A stretch of DNA of 63,623 bases, counting the filler, from Reclinomonas americana ATCC 50394 (lineage: Eukaryota): assembly GCA_048213135.1 (NCBI GenBank). It is 5 parts of 2 records of this genome, joined end to end, with 100 filler letters (N's around TTAATTAATTAA, not from the genome) between each part and the next. Parts side by side here need not be neighbours in the genome. Positions count along the whole stretch, not along the records: positions 1 to 16,307 come from PS015181.1; positions 16,408 to 26,780 come from PS015181.1; 3 more parts are not named here. One strand, 5' to 3'. Positions within the stretch are counted from its first letter, which is position 1; each line of letters opens with the position of its first letter. Position numbers and translations under genes: made by a program. Positions 10,469 to 24,635 of this stretch are shown one piece after another. The notes beneath the pieces were generated by a model. It searched no databases. It had not been told where the DNA came from and was given only the letters and a program-made list of their open reading frames with translations.

Positions 10469-13400
10469 CCAACACTCGCCGAAGTCTGTGCCGAGCAACA
10501 GAGATCGGCGCGAACATCTCGGAATCGAACTCTCTTCTGCGCGCTAACTGCACTCCTTCCTGTCCTGCCTTGCGCTTGCCTATCCCTCTTCCTTCCTTCG
10601 TTTCTCTCTCTCTCTCTCCACATCCCACATTGAATCGATAACGCTCCACCTCTCCCATTCTCTCTCCCTCTTTCATCTTTCACTTCCTCTGCGCCCATAT
10701 TCTCCATCTCATTCTCTCCCCCTCCACCTTCTCCTCTCCCTTCCCGCATCCCTCACCTCTTGTTCAACCAAATAACTCCGCGGCACCTCTGCGTAATAAG
10801 GTGCTTCACACTCCTCGTCAACCTCCTCTCCGTAAGAACCCTCCACAACAGCAGCCCACAAAAAAACGCTCTTCAGCACAGTGACGCACGCAATCACGCA
10901 CGCACTGCTCACTCAAGATATTCTTGTTTGGTGTGNNNNNNNNNNNNNNNNNNNNNNNNNNNNNNNNNNNNNNNNNNNNNNNNNNNNNNNNNNNNNNNNN
11001 NNNNNNNNNNNNNNNNNNNNNNNNNNNNNNNNNNNNNNNNNNNNNNNNNNNNNNNNNNNNNNNNNNNNNNNNNNNNNNNNNNNNNNNNNNNNNNNNNNNN
11101 NNNNNNNNNNNNNNNNNNNNNNNNNNNNNNNNNNNNNNNNNNNNNNNNNNNNNNNNNNNNNNNNNNNNNNNNNNNNNNNNNNNNNNNNNNNNNNNNNNNN
11201 NNNNNNNNNNNNNNNNNNNNNNNNNNNNNNNNNNNNNNNNNNNNNNNNNNNNNNNNNNNNNNNNNNNNNNNNNNNNNNNNNNNNNNNNNNNNNNNNNNNN
11301 NNNNNNNNNNNNNNNNNNNNNNNNNNNNNNNNNNNNNNNNNNNNNNNNNNNNNNNNNNNNNNNNNNNNNNNNNNNNNNNNNNNNNNNNNNNNNNNNNNNN
11401 NNNNNNNNNNNNNNNNNNNNNNNNNNNNNNNNNNNNNNNNNNNNNNNNNNNNNNNNNNNNNNNNNNNNNNNNNNNNNNNNNNNNNNNNNNNNNNNNNNNN
11501 NNNNNNNNNNNNNNNNNNNNNNNNNNNNNNNNNNNNNNNNNNNNNNNNNNNNNNNNNNNNNNNNNNNNNNNNNNNNNNNNNNNNNNNNNNNNNNNNNNNN
11601 NNNNNNNNNNNNNNNNNNNNNNNNNNNNNNNNNNNNNNNNNNNNNNNNNNNNNNNNNNNNNNNNNNNNNNNNNNNNNNNNNNNNNNNNNNNNNNNNNNNN
11701 CGTTGATGTCCTTCTGACAATGACAGACTTGATGTTGTCCGCGCTAAAATCGGTGTCTTTCTCGCAGCGTTCTGCCCTCGTTCCTCTTCTCCAACCGCAG
11801 GGTGCACTGACAGAGAAGAGAGAACTGCTTCAAGACGTCTTTGCCGGATTTCCAATCGAATCCTGTCAAAACAAGACACGACAAGCTCCTTTCCCTCTTC
11901 TCCCTCTTTCTCCGCTTACATTAAAAAAACCCTGTTCACAAATCCCTCTATCCCGGTCCATCCGACGCATCCCCACCCGTCAGCATCAGTGGCGTGCTAT
12001 CAGTGGCCGACAGCGAGTCCGACTCGGGCGTCGGTAATGAGGCCGCCGGATCTCGCCTCGCCGGCGCCAAGTGCCGCTGCGATGACGCCGACGCCGCCGC
12101 CGAAGAGGCCGGAGCTGCAGCACCGAGAATGGCAGCAGCAGCCGCATCGCCAAAGTCGTCTTCCTCGTCGTAGCCGCACACTGTGTGAGGGGGGAAGGAT
12201 GAGCGGGCGGGCAAATCAATCATCGGAAATAAAAAACATACCATCGGAGAAAGGCACGTGCTGCTGAGGCGAGGGCGTCAGAAGGGTCTCGGACTCGGTG
12301 GAGCGTGCGCGAGGCTTGAGCGTTATCTGCACGAGAAGAATGGGAGCAGCGAGATAAGCGAAAGAACTCAACATCGAAAACACACTCCTAACAGATATAG
12401 TTGTGGAAGGAAAGCACATTTCCCTTCCCCCTCACCACCCTTTCCCCTCACCACCCTTCCCTTACGCAACTCTCATCGACCGCACCCCCGAATCACTCCT
12501 CGACCCACCCGCCAATCCCACCTTATGCCCATCCTCATCGCCATCCTCCTCCTCCTCCTCCTCGCCACCACCCTCCCCATCCCCGCGCACCACCGTCCCC
12601 GCCCCCGGTAATGTGTGCACGGTACTCGCGGCCGACGACGCCGATGACGTCGGCGACAATGGCGACACCCCGACCTCGGCCGGCGGCACCTGCAACCCAC
12701 TGCCACTACCACCACTCCCACTACCACTGCCGGCGGCCACCGTGGCAGCCGCGGCGGCCGACGGACTGNNNNNNNNNNNNNNNNNNNNNNNNNNNNNNNN
12801 NNNNNNNNNNNNNNNNNNNNNNNNNNNNNNNNNNNNNNNNNNNNNNNNNNNNNNNNNNNNNNNNNNNNCCGGGCGCCACCTCGGCCAGGTACGACACCAC
12901 GGCGTTGAGGTCCACCTGCGGCAGCAGGAACGGGAGCGGGATGTTGAGGTCCTTGAACCAGAGGATGAGGTTCCAGAAGGTGGTCGGGTGGTCGCGGAAC
13001 AGGTTTTCGTCGCAGGACACGTCCTGTGAAGCGGGCAAAGGAGAGGTCAGCGCAATAAACGGGGAGGGAGGGGGAGGGAAGGGAGAGGGAGAAGGGGGAG
13101 GGGAAAGGGAGAGGCAGAAGGAGAGAAGGTGAGGAAGGTGGGAAAGGAGCGTGTGCGTGAGAGAGAGAGAGAGAACAAGCAAAAGAGAGAGAGACGATCT
13201 GCAAGTGAATCCTCCTGACATGGACACAAACTAAGACAATCTATCACGTATTATCTCTCACTCTCCCTTTCACTCGCACTCTCGCACATACATGCAACAC
13301 ATCGAGAAAGAGAAAGAGAGAACGAACAAAAGAGAGAGCCTCTTTATCGACACAACAATCTCACTCTCGTTCTCCATCTCCCTCGCACAACTGCAGCACA

Positions 13401-16400
13401 CGGCGATAGAGAAAGTGAGAACGAGCAAGAGAGAGAGAGAGAGAGAGAAAGAAGAGAGACGATTCGAGCAAGTGAATCCTCTTTATCAACACGAACGAAG
13501 ACAATCTCACAGATCTGATCTCTTTCCTTCTCCCTCTCCCTCGCACAAGTGCAGCACACTGAGATAGAGAAAGAGAGAACAAGAAAAAGAGAGAGAAAGA
13601 GAATGAAGACTCTTTATCGACACAACACAGACAATCTAACAGGTCTCATCTCTCTAATTCTCCCTCTCACTCTCGCACACACACATGCAGCACACGGAGA
13701 AAGAGAGAACGAGAGAAAGAGAGACAGAAAGAGACGATTCGACAAGTGAAGCCTCTTCTATCGATACAAAGACAATCAAACAGGTCGCATATCTCTCTCA
13801 TTCTCCTTCTCACTCGCACACACAGAGAGAGAGAGAAGCAGAGAGAGAAGATTTGGCAAGTGAAGCCTCACAACAAGGACACAATCTCACAGGTCTCATC
13901 TCCATCATTCTCCCTCTCCCTCGCACAAGCACATGCAGCACACGGAGAAAGAGAAAGAGAGAACGAGCAAAAGAGAGAGAAATAGAATGAAGCCTCTTTA
14001 TCGACACAAACAAAACAACCTATTAGGTCCCATCTCTCATTCTCCCTCTCTTGAACAACGGAGAAAGAGAAAGAGAGAGTTCTCATCTCTTTTATCCTGT
14101 CCCTCCATTTCACACATACACACCTACAAAGAGATGAAGAGAGACACGATTCATCAAGTGGATCCTCCTCTCTATCGACACAAACAAAGACAATCATTCC
14201 CCCTCCGTCTTTCACACACACGCGAGTACACGAGGTGAGAGAATGAGAGAATGAGAGACAACTGGATCCTCCTCCCAATCGACAAATGCAAAGACAATCT
14301 AACACGCCTCATCTCTTGCATTCTGTCCCTCCATAAAACACACATGCGCACAGAGAGAGAGACATGATCCAGCAACAGGATCCTCCTGTCTATTGACAAA
14401 CACACAGACAACCTGATACTTTTGAATTCTGTCCCCAAACACACACATACAGACACACACATGCACACACAGAGAGACTCCTCCCTCTATTAACAAAGTC
14501 AATCTCACTCTCAGTCTCTCCCTTCTCTTTCGCCCCCTCCCCCTCCCCCTCCCTTCCCCCTCACCCCCCTCATCCATACCTTTCGCAACAAATTCTCCAC
14601 CTCCTTCTTCAACAGAATCGGGTTGAGGTACTCGCACGTGATACCCGGCGACGTCCTTCGCACCCTCTCCGCCGGCGACCGCAAGTTGCCCGAGTGCCGT
14701 CTCCTGTGCACAAAATTCATCAACATAGGTTCTCAGAGGAAGAGAGGAGGGCGACAGGACGCAACGAATCCGTCGAATGTCGCTCACTCGACGATCGCGT
14801 CTCTTGTGAGGCGCGTCCTGCCGCTGCCGTGGCTGCTGGAGAGTGAGACAAACAGAGGAAAAGAGCGGAACGAGAAGAATGACGTGCTACCTGAGCGAGA
14901 TCCTGGTCGACCACCAAGATACACCTGCGGGACAAGACATGAGCACAGGACAAACAAAGCACTCTCCCACCGCCACACGCACCAAGAATCGCGAGACAAA
15001 GCGCTGCTTGCACTTCGGACACGTCGTGCAATAGTCGTGCGCCGTCCACGTCCAGCCCTCACGAACTTGCTCGTCCGTGAGCGGGTGATTGCACTTCGGG
15101 CAAATGTTCTCCAAGTGGAAGTAGATGCGGTGGGATTGAGAGCCTAGAGGAGGGAGAAGGGATAGAGAGGGTGAGAAATGAAACGAGGATGCACTTGTCT
15201 GTTTCTCACTCGATCAGATACACATTAAGAGAGTGCGAGGGAGAGAGAGGATCACAAAACTGCGTGTGAAGAATGGAAACGGAGTCTGGGAGTGACGGAA
15301 GAGAAGGGAAAGGAATAGAGAGGGTAAGAAATGAAACCAGAAAACTGGCTCGCATTCTGTTCCCTGGTTCTCTCTCGGAAACACATTAAGAGAGAGGGAG
15401 GGAGAGTGAGACGATTTAGCAAGTGGATCCTCCTCTCTATCGACACAAACAAGGACAATCATTCTCCCTCCCTGTCTCTCTCNNNNNNNNNNNNNNNNNN
15501 NNAGAGGGAAGGAAGAGGAGGAGAGAGAGAGAGAGGGTAAGGGGTGAGTGACTGCGGGAGATAAAGAATGTCAATCGTCAAGAGCCTCTTTCTCCTTTGC
15601 ACACATAATGTGTACGTTTCTCTCTCGCTCTCTCTCTCTCTCTCTCTCCGCGTACTGTATCTCACCGCGTGTGGGTGTATGCGTGTCCCTCTCTTCGCGT
15701 GTTTTTGCGCAAGAGCACATCGTACAAACCTGGAGGCAGCCCCGACGGATCTGGTGACGGCGACACGACAGTCTTGCTGATTCGAAAACTGCTCACCCCA
15801 CGGCACGTCAATAAATGAGCAAGGACAAAGGGTGTGGCGTAAATACGAACCTGGGGTCGTGCAGAAACGGTGTATCTCGTTTGGATAGTCTCAGCAGGCT
15901 GCGGTTCTCCTTGGCCGCAATGCTCTCGTCAAAGTAAATTATCTCGTAATCCTGCGCCGGGCGCGTTAGCAGCGGGGACGAAAGATAGTTGTGCAAATTG
16001 CGCAACTTCTGGCGTCAATGCCGCCGCAAACGACGTGTGTGGTTCGCTGTCGCCGTCGGGTGATGATCTGCGATGGGGGGAAGCGATGGTGAGCGGGAGG
16101 GTAAGGGAGGAAAGGAAGATGAGGGAAAGGGAGAAAAACAAAGATGCCAGCGCTCCATACAGGTAGAAGAACAAGCACAGAACGAGTAAAGAGAAGAGTG
16201 AAGCAATGCTAGACAGTCAGACACACACAGAGAGAAAGAGAGACACACACGCACAGGGAGACCAGACAGACAGACAGAGAAAGAGAGAGACAGACAGACA
16301 GACAGACNNNNNNNNNNNNNNNNNNNNNNNNNNNNNNNNNNNNNNNNNNNNTTAATTAATTAANNNNNNNNNNNNNNNNNNNNNNNNNNNNNNNNNNNNN

Positions 16401-19215
16401 NNNNNNNATCCCCCTTTCCCTTTTTTCACCTCGCCGACACATCATACATCGCCTGATTCAAATGCGACTGATGTATCCGCACCGCCCGATCGATGCGATC
16501 CTGCAGGAACCGCATCCACAACTGCGTCTCCACAAAGCGCGACAGGAATTTCTGCACCCCCACACAAAACAATCAGCACGCCACCCTCTCTCATCCTTCT
16601 CCTTTTCCCGCACACTCACCCTTCCTGCCGGATCCGTCGCATCCCGAATAAACGGCTGCGTCCGAAACACCTGATCCGGCTCCATTGGCGTCTTAATGTC
16701 CTCCTCGCGCATCATGTGATTGCGGTAGCGCTGGAAGATGCCGACGTAGAAGCGCAGGAACGCCTCGCGTGTCTCCTGCTGATCAAACTCGCGCGGGCGA
16801 CGCGGAGCGCTCTTGCCGTGCGAGCCGCCGCCGCCGGAGCCTTGCACGGGCGGCGAGTCGATCATGTCCATGGGCGGGAGGGGCACGTAGAACGCCGAGT
16901 CGGCCAGCATCAAGTCGGGGTGGTCGGGCTCGAACGCCGGCACCACCTCGCGGAGGCGCTTGAGGAGTTTCGAGCGGGGTTTTTCGGGGAAGCCGCCGTA
17001 GTCGAACTGCGAAAGAGGGAAAAGAGAGGGAAAGGGAGAGGGTGAGTGGAGGGAAAGGGGAAGGCGAAAGCAAAGGCAAAGGGGTAGGAGAGGGAGGGAA
17101 AGGAGAGAACGGGAAGGACGGGGAAGAGGAATGGGAGAGAGGGAAAGAGAAAAGAGAGAAAACTGAAGAAAACTTGCGCGAAATAGAGCGAGAGAGCATT
17201 GAATAGAGAGAAGTGAAATAGCGATTTCAGCGAGAAGGAGAGGTTGCAGTTGAAATGAGTGCAAGAATGGAAGAAAATGGGAGAGATGTGGGAGAGATGT
17301 GAGGGACTGAGAAAGAGTGAGCACCTGGAGACAAAGTGACTGAGACAGAAGGTGAGGGAGCATCCCCTTTCTCTCTTTCCCCTTTTCCTTCTCCCCTCCC
17401 TTCCCCCCACCCACCTCCGGCGGAAAATGCACAATATTCCGATCCAAATCCACCCACACCACCTCCGCCGGCATCATGTCCATCGAAAAGTTGTCCACCG
17501 GCAACCCCATCAAGTACGGCACAGGTGCCGTGAGAAAGTCGACGTGCAACGGCGGCAGCACGGGAATGTACACGTGTTCCCAGTGGAAGGGGAAGATCAG
17601 GGCCAGAGCGGCTGCGGAGTGGGGAAAGAGGGATGAGAGGGTGGGAGAGAGGGAGGGCGGAGGGAATTGACCAAAGAGAGAGCGCACCCTCGGCACAGTA
17701 CGTCAGCAGCGACAGGCGCGACGACAGCAGCACCACTTTCTGCTCCAGCAGAATCGCATACAGCAGCATCAGCACGTTGTCAATCTCCAGCGCCTGGAAG
17801 AGGTACTTCATCGGCACCTGCGTGACAAATAAAGAGTGAGTGACGCAAATTCGTCTCCCAAGCTGCTTGCAGTGCACCCATTAGCTCGCTCACACACGTC
17901 ATGCTCGAACACTCTAGTCTTCTCCCTCTTCCCCTCACCGCTTATATCGCTCCATTGCCTTGCTCTCCTTGTGCAACTCTCCTAACGTCGCCCATCTTGT
18001 CTGTGCTTGCTGCATAGCCATCTCACAACTGTTTGTGTTGCATCTATTGCCTCGCTCGCTCTCCTACTTGTGACAATTNNNNNNNNNNNNNNNNNNNNNN
18101 NNNNNNNNNNNNNNNNNNNNNNNNNNNNNNNNNNNNNNNNNNNNNNNNNNNNNNNNNNNNNNNNNNNNNNNNNNNNNNNNNNNNNNNNNNNNNNNNNNNN
18201 NNNNNNNNNNNNNNNNNNNNNNNNNNNNNNNNNNNNNNNNNNNNNNNNNNNNNNNNNNNNNNNNNNNNNNNNNNNNNNNNNNNNNNNNNNNNNNNNNNNN
18301 NNNNNNNNNNNNNNNNNNNNNNNNNNNNNNNNNNNNNNNNNNNNNNNNNNNNNNNNNNNNNNNNNNNNNNNNNNNNNNNNNNNNNNNNNNNNNNNNNNNN
18401 NNNNNNNNNNNNNNNNNNNNNNNNNNNNNNNNNNNNNNNNNNNNNNNNNNNNNNNNNNNNNNNNNNNNNNNNNNNNNNNNNNNNNNNNNNNNNNNNNNNN
18501 NNNNNNNNNNNNNNNNNNNNNNNNNNNNNNNNNNNNNNNNNNNNNNNNNNNNNNNNNNNNNNNNNNNNNNNNNNNNNNNNNNNNNNNNNNNNNNNNNNNN
18601 NNNNNNNNNNNNNNNNNNNNNNNNNNNNNNNNNNNNNNNNNNNNNNNNNNNNNNNNNNNNNNNNNNNNNNNNNNNNNNNNNNNNNNNNNNNNNNNNNNNN
18701 NNNNNNNNNNNNGGAAGGGAGAGGGTGAGAAGGGAGAAAGGGAGAAGGGAGAAAGGGAGAAAGGGAGAAAGGGAGGACGGAGAAAGGGGGTTAGGGAGAG
18801 AGGGAAACAGGGGAACGGGCGAATGGGGTATGGGCGAAAGGGGAGAGCAAATGAGAGATAGAGAGATAGAGAGAGAGAACGTGAGTGGGGGAAAATGGAT
18901 GAGGAGATTGGGGGATTCACGCAACTGCAGCGGCGGGTGGATCCACGCCATTGGCAGTCGCAGGTGGCGGTTCTTGCAACTCGGATTCTGTGCGCATTGG
19001 CAGGACATTGTCAGCGCAAGTGTTGACGCAAAACGAGACAGATCGAGAAGGCAATAAAGAGAAGCCATTGATGATTGTTGCATGTCACAGAAGAGAGAGA
19101 GAGAGAGATTCCTCTGTTCTAATGCAAGCGCCTGTCACACACCCTGCTCGTTCGCTCACTCTCCCGTTCTCTTTCGTATTGCAGGCATGCAAGGTGGAAT
19201 GGACAAATCAAGCAG

Positions 19216-19248
<33 letters not shown>

Positions 19249-22200
19249 AGAGAGCGGGAGACGGAGAGAGAGACGATGAGGAACAAATTCTCAATTTGTA
19301 ATGCCTACGGGCAAATAGGGTGCGAGATTTGAAAGTCACGCCTTCTGTCATCTGCCACCTGGAGCGTGAGTGAGACAGAAACAGAGAGAGAGAGAGAGAT
19401 AAAGAGTCAGCAAGAAGATGAGGAACACATTCTCTTTCTGCAATGCACACGGGCAAACACGTGCGACAGGTGCGAGATGTGCTCGTCATGCATTCGGTCA
19501 GAGAGAGAGAGAGAGAGAGACAGAGAGAGAGAGAAGAGAGACGATAAGGATACAAATTCTCTTACCCGTAACGCTACAAGTGGACAANNNNNNNNNNNNN
19601 NNNNNNNNNNNNNNNNNNNNNNNNNNNNNNNNNNNNNNNNNNNNNNNNNNNNNNNNNNNNNNNNNNNNNNNNNNNNNNNNNNNNNNNNNNNNNNNNNNNN
19701 NNNNNNNNNNNNNNNNNNNNNNNNNNNNNNNNNNNNNNNNNNNNNNNNNNNNNNNNNNNNNNNNNNNNNNNNNNNNNNNNNNNNNNNNNNNNNNNNNNNN
19801 NNNNNNNNNNNNNNNNNNNNNNNNNNNNNNNNNNNNNNNNNNNNNNNNNNNNNNNNNNNNNNNNNNNNNNNNNNNNNNNNNNNNNNNNNNNNCGAGAGAG
19901 AGAGAGAGAGAGAGACAGAGAGAGAGAGAAAGAGAGACGATAAGGATCAAATTCTCTTCCCGTAACGCTCAAGTGGCAAAGAGGTGCGTAATGTGCGCGA
20001 GCGTGAGTGAGCCAAAAACAGAGAGACGGGTAGAGAGCATTGTGTGTACTTTTCTCTCAAAGTTAGTTGTGCGGTGCTCATGGCTAAACCTACTTCTGTA
20101 ACTTCCTCTGATGCGAAAACGAAAAGAGAGGAGAGAGAGAGAGAGAGAGAGGGCAACAGGTTTCTCACTTCTTGGATCATGAGGCATGATGCGCAGATTA
20201 TGCCTCGATTCCGTCTCTCATTCAGGGAGGAAATGATCACACACCCTGCTACACCGCGCTCTCTAGCATCTCACCAATGCAAGGGGAATGGACAAATCAG
20301 TAAGCAGGAGAGAGAGAGAGAGAGAGAGGGAGGATGAGGCAGCAAGTCTTCCGCACGTTTTGTCAACATGTAACGAGCACCGTAATGTGCAGTCTTCCCT
20401 CTACCTCCGTCCGCAGAAAACATAGGAGGCAAAGAGACTGGGAAGGAAAGCAGGAATCTCTTCTCTGCGTTTGTGTGCAAAATAATGCACCATAGTGTCC
20501 TCTAATTCTGCTCGTGCAGAGAGGCAAATTAGAAAGAGAGAGAGAGAGATTCTCTTCTAATGCAACCGCATGTCACACATCCTGCTCCCACATAGCAGAC
20601 GTGTAAGGGGAACGGACAAAGCAAGCAGGAGAGAGAGGGGGGAGGGAGAGAGGGAGAGAAAGATGACGTGCTGCCTGACCTGATCATGCATGCATCTCTC
20701 TCTCTCTCTGTGTGTGTCTGTCTGTTTGTCTGTTTGTCTGTCACACGCGCATCTCAAAACTGACATACAAAGAAAATGCACAAACCAATCAACAGAGAGA
20801 AGTGATGACGTGTCTCCCAACCTGCTCGTGCATTCCCCNNNNNNNNNNNNNNNNNNNNNNNNNNNNNNNNNNNNNNNNNNNNNNNNNNNNNNNNNNNNNN
20901 NNNNNNNNNNNNNNNNNNNNNNNNNNNNNNNNNNNNNNNNNNNNNNNNNNNNNNNNNNNNNNNNNNNNNNNNNNNNNNNNNNNNNNNNNNNNNNNNNNNN
21001 NNNNNNNNNNNNNNNNNNNNNNNNNNNNNNNNNNNNNNNNNNNNNNNNNNNNNNNNNNNNNNNNNNNNNNNNNNNNNNNNNNNNNNNNNNNNNNNNNNNN
21101 NNNNNNNNNNNNNNNNNNNNNNNNNNNNNNNNNNNNNNNNNNNNNNNNNNNNNNNNNNNNNNNNNNNNNNNNNNNNNNNNNNNNNNNNNNNNNNNNNNNN
21201 NNNNNNNNNNNNNNNNNNNNNNNNNNNNNNNNNNNNNNNNNNNNNNNNNNNNNNNNNNNNNNNNNNNNNNNNNNNNNNNNNNNNNNNNNNNNNNNNNNNN
21301 NNNNNNNNNNNNNNNNNNNNNNNNNNNNNNNNNNNNNNNNNNNNNNNNNNNNNNNNNNNNNNNNNNNNNNNNNNNNNNNNNNNNNNNNNNNNNNNNNNNN
21401 NNNNNNNNNNNNNNNNNNNNNNNNNNNNNNNNNNNNNNNNNNNNNNNNNNNNNNNNNNNNNNNNNNNNNNNNNNNNNNNNNNNNNNNNNNNNNNNNNNNN
21501 NNNNNNNNNNNNNNNNNNNNNNNNNNNNNNNNNNNNNNNNNNNNNNNNNNNNNNNNNNNNNNNNNNNNNNNNNNNNNNNNNNNTTAAGGGAGAAGGAAGG
21601 TGGGGGAAGCCGGGGGTGAAGGGGTGGGCGCAACGGTGGCCAGCGGGGGCGGGATGGGCGTGTCGTCGACTTGCTCAAAGGGGTAGTGGTCGACAATGGA
21701 GTAGCGGAAGCGGGCGATGAGGGGGTTTACCGCTGTGGGCGAGGGTCAGGGAAAGGGGGTGGAGAGGTGTGGGGGGAAGGGAGGGAGAGAGGGAAGGGAG
21801 GGAGGGAGAGAGGGAGAGAGGGAGAGGCAAGAGAGCGATTTGCCTTAACACAGCAAGGGCGGAAGGGAGACGAATGTAACGAGGAGAACGCCACACACAA
21901 GCGCTTTGAGAGAGAAAGGGGAATACGGAGAGCACAAGTAGCTTGAGCACCGACTAATGCGCAAGTCAGCCAATCACAACAGCAGAGAAGCGGAAAGCAG
22001 AGGGAGAACGAGAGAGGCAGAATGACTGGGAAATCTACGAAAGAGGAGATACGTGGAGCAACAGGAGCCCATGCAACACAACAAGAGGAACGCGATGATG
22101 ATAGCGCCGCACAGCGCATGAGCGTCAAAGACAGACAAACCAAGTGTGACGCAAACACAGATGCCCAAACAACGCGGAATGAGAAAAGGGAGAGCGTCAG

Positions 22201-23117
22201 AGTGCAAGCGAGCAGTGAGGCACAATGAAGAGCGAGGGAGAGAGAGATTGCAAGGAAGCAAGAGAGCCAGCGTGCAAGCAGCCAGAGGGGGGAGGTGGAC
22301 GGGGGAAGGAACGATTGAAAGAGAAGCACAATGCGAGGGAGACGGGAGAAGGTGAGTGGGGAGAGTGAGAGGAAGGTAGTTTGAGAGAGAGAGAGAGAAT
22401 GCAAGAAAGTGATTCGCCTTTGCATGGGCGTGAGAGGGGAGGAACACAGCAAGAGCGGAGGTGCGACGAACGCAAGCAAGGAGAGCAAACCCACAATCAG
22501 TTTGCGAGCGCGCGCAAGAGAGACAGAATGCAGAGGGCACAGAAGCAGCTTGAGCACCGACTCGTGCGCCAGTCAGTCAATCACAACAGCAGAGAAGCGG
22601 AAAGCAGAGGGAGCGTAAGAGAGAGGGAGAGAGGGAGAGAGGGGAGAGAGAGAAAGAGAGAGCGTGAAAGAAAATGCTAGTGCGATATGCCTTTGCATGG
22701 ACGCGGGAGGGGAACACAGCAAGCGCGGGACGTGCGACAAATGCACAGAGAAGAACAAAACACACACACACAATCAGTTTGCGAGCGCGCGCAAGAGAGA
22801 CAGAATGCAGAGAACACACAAGCAGTTTGAGCACACAAACTCCGACGCACTCACACACACACACACAACGCACACACACACAAACGCACGCAACACAAAC
22901 AACAAAGAAAAGAGAATGACAGAAAGAGGAAATGGACACACTTTAACAAATGCACAAGCATCTTTCCCTCTCGCTCTCTCTCACATACACTCTCTCTCTC
23001 TTCCCCTTCTCTCAGACACTCACCTCGCGCACTCTGCTCCAACGTCTCCAACACACCTCCCTCATACCCAAACACACAAAAGTAATCAATCAACCTCGAC
23101 ACAGTTCGCCCGCGCAT
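10407..23117 (-). CDS. DENND4-like: DENN-domain Rab GEF, DENND4/CRAG-like; multi-exon, interrupted by gaps
   Basis: uDENN start MRGRTVSRLIDYFCVFG (23117); YSIVDHYP (21732-21635); cDENN ILLEQKVVLLS..LIFPFHWEHVYIPVLP..APVPYLMG (17.4-17.8 kb); dDENN REAFLRFY..F; YFDESIAAKENR; DENND4-type C-terminal motifs CPKC..EQVREGW..TTCPKC, YLNPILLKKEVENLL and HPTTFWNLILWF; probable last exon 10547-10407. Confidence 0.85.
13200..14450. repeat. Degenerate intronic minisatellite in the DENN gene, core motif caagtgaatcctctttatcgacacaaacaaagacaatctcacaggtctcatctc
   Basis: Motif recurs many times; related copy near 15420. Confidence 0.8.
16352..16363. other. Artificial scaffolding linker TTAATTAATTAA within N runs (also 26825-26836, 43375-43386, 61010-61021)
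   Basis: Identical six-frame-stop 12-mer flanked by N44 each time. Confidence 0.95.
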
Positions 23118-23329
23118 TCCTCTCTCACACACAAAACACACACTAAAACACACACTAAAACACACTCAATCTCTCACACTAGAGAGAAAAAGCGCGAATA
23201 TGAACTTTTCCTGCGCACAACTCTGTGCACGCAATGCACTAGTGGACAGTAACGCGCTCTCTCTGCGTGTGTGTGCGCCTGGTAAAGAGAAAGACACGCG
23301 CGTGTTTGTGTGTGTGTGAGAGTGTGTGA

Positions 23330-23815
23330 GTGACAATTGCACTCGCGCGGGGACAGTCGAATATTGTCACACACTTTGCTTTTTTCCTCACGTGCGATAT
23401 TTTCTTGTGTGCGTGTGCGAGTATGCGCGAGTGTGCGAGAAGAAGAGAGCGCAAGGGAGAGAAACCCGTGTGTGTGAGACAGTGCTCGCGCGGGGACAGT
23501 CGAATATTGTCACAGTCTTGCTTTTCTCACGTGCTGTATTTTCTTGTGTGTGCGTGTGTGCGTGTATGCGCGAGTGTGTGAGGAGAAGAGAGCGCAAGGG
23601 AGAAACGCGTGTGTTTGCGATTGTGAGACAGTGCTCGCGTCGGGACAGTCGCCTTTGTCACAGTCTTGCTTTTCTCACGTGCGATATTTTCTTGTGTGTG
23701 CATGTGCATGTGTGTATGCGCGAGTGTGTGAGAAGAAGAGAGCGCATGGGAGAAAAGCACTTGCGTGTTTCCGATTGTGACAGTGCTCGCGATGGGACTA
23801 TCTGCAATTGTCATG
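23330..23815. repeat. Tandem repeat of about 125-140 bp, roughly 4 copies
   Basis: Recurring ctcgcgcggggacagtcgaatattgtcacagtcttgcttttctcacgtgcgatattttcttg. Confidence 0.85.
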
Positions 23816-23841
23816 CGTTTTCTCTCTCCCTCTCTCTCCCC

Positions 23842-23903
<62 letters not shown>

Positions 23904-24254
23904 AACACACACACACNNNNNNNNNNNNNNNNNNNNNNNNNNNNNNNNNNNNNNNNNNNNNNNNNNNNNNNNNNNNNNNNNNNNNNNNNNNNNNNNNNNN
24001 NNNNNNNNNNNNNNNNNNNNNNNNNNNNNNNNNNNNNNNNNNNNNNNNNNNNNNNNNNNNNNNNNNNNNNNNNNNNNNNNNNNNNNNNNNNNNNNNNNNN
24101 NNNNNNNNNNNNNNNNNNNNNNNNNNNNNNNNNNNNNNNNNNNNNNNNNNNNNNNNNNNNNNNNNNNNNNNNNNNNNNNNNNNNNNNNNNNNGAGAGAGA
24201 GAGAGAGAAGGAGAGAAGCTCAGCGGGCAGCTGTGCAGCAGATTGCCTCTCTCA

Positions 24255-24311
<57 letters not shown>

Positions 24312-24635
24312 AGATAGAGAGAGCAAAGAGGAAGAGAAGAAGGGAAGCTCAGCGTGCACGCCACATCGATGCTGATTATTCCTATCTCACTTTGCCGCTC
24401 ACACACTGAGAGAGAGAGAGAGAGGAGGAGGAGGAGACTCTTCGAGTGTGTCTTCCCATTACTCTTTGACCCTATCACACAGATTGAGCACGTTTTTGCA
24501 CTCTCTTCTCTCACACTCACGAGATAAGCAACACATCGACGACTGAGTTGATCCTATCTCTCGTTGACACTCTCACAGGAGACGCGCAACTCTGCAATGA
24601 CTTCCATCCCTCTCACTCTTTCCTCCCTCCTTCAG

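Noticed and set aside
10760-12037. ORFs running through N gaps (many in the window)
   Set aside because: Artefacts of unknown bases
16352-16363. TTAATTAATTAA palindromes (four copies)
   Set aside because: Always centred in N44 runs, so they are assembly linkers rather than biology. They also mean long-range adjacency across them needs independent confirmation.
23200-23250. Possible first exon of CIR1 (ATGAACTTT.. with a donor near 23249)
   Set aside because: Phase fits, but the translation lacks the expected Cir_N HP motif
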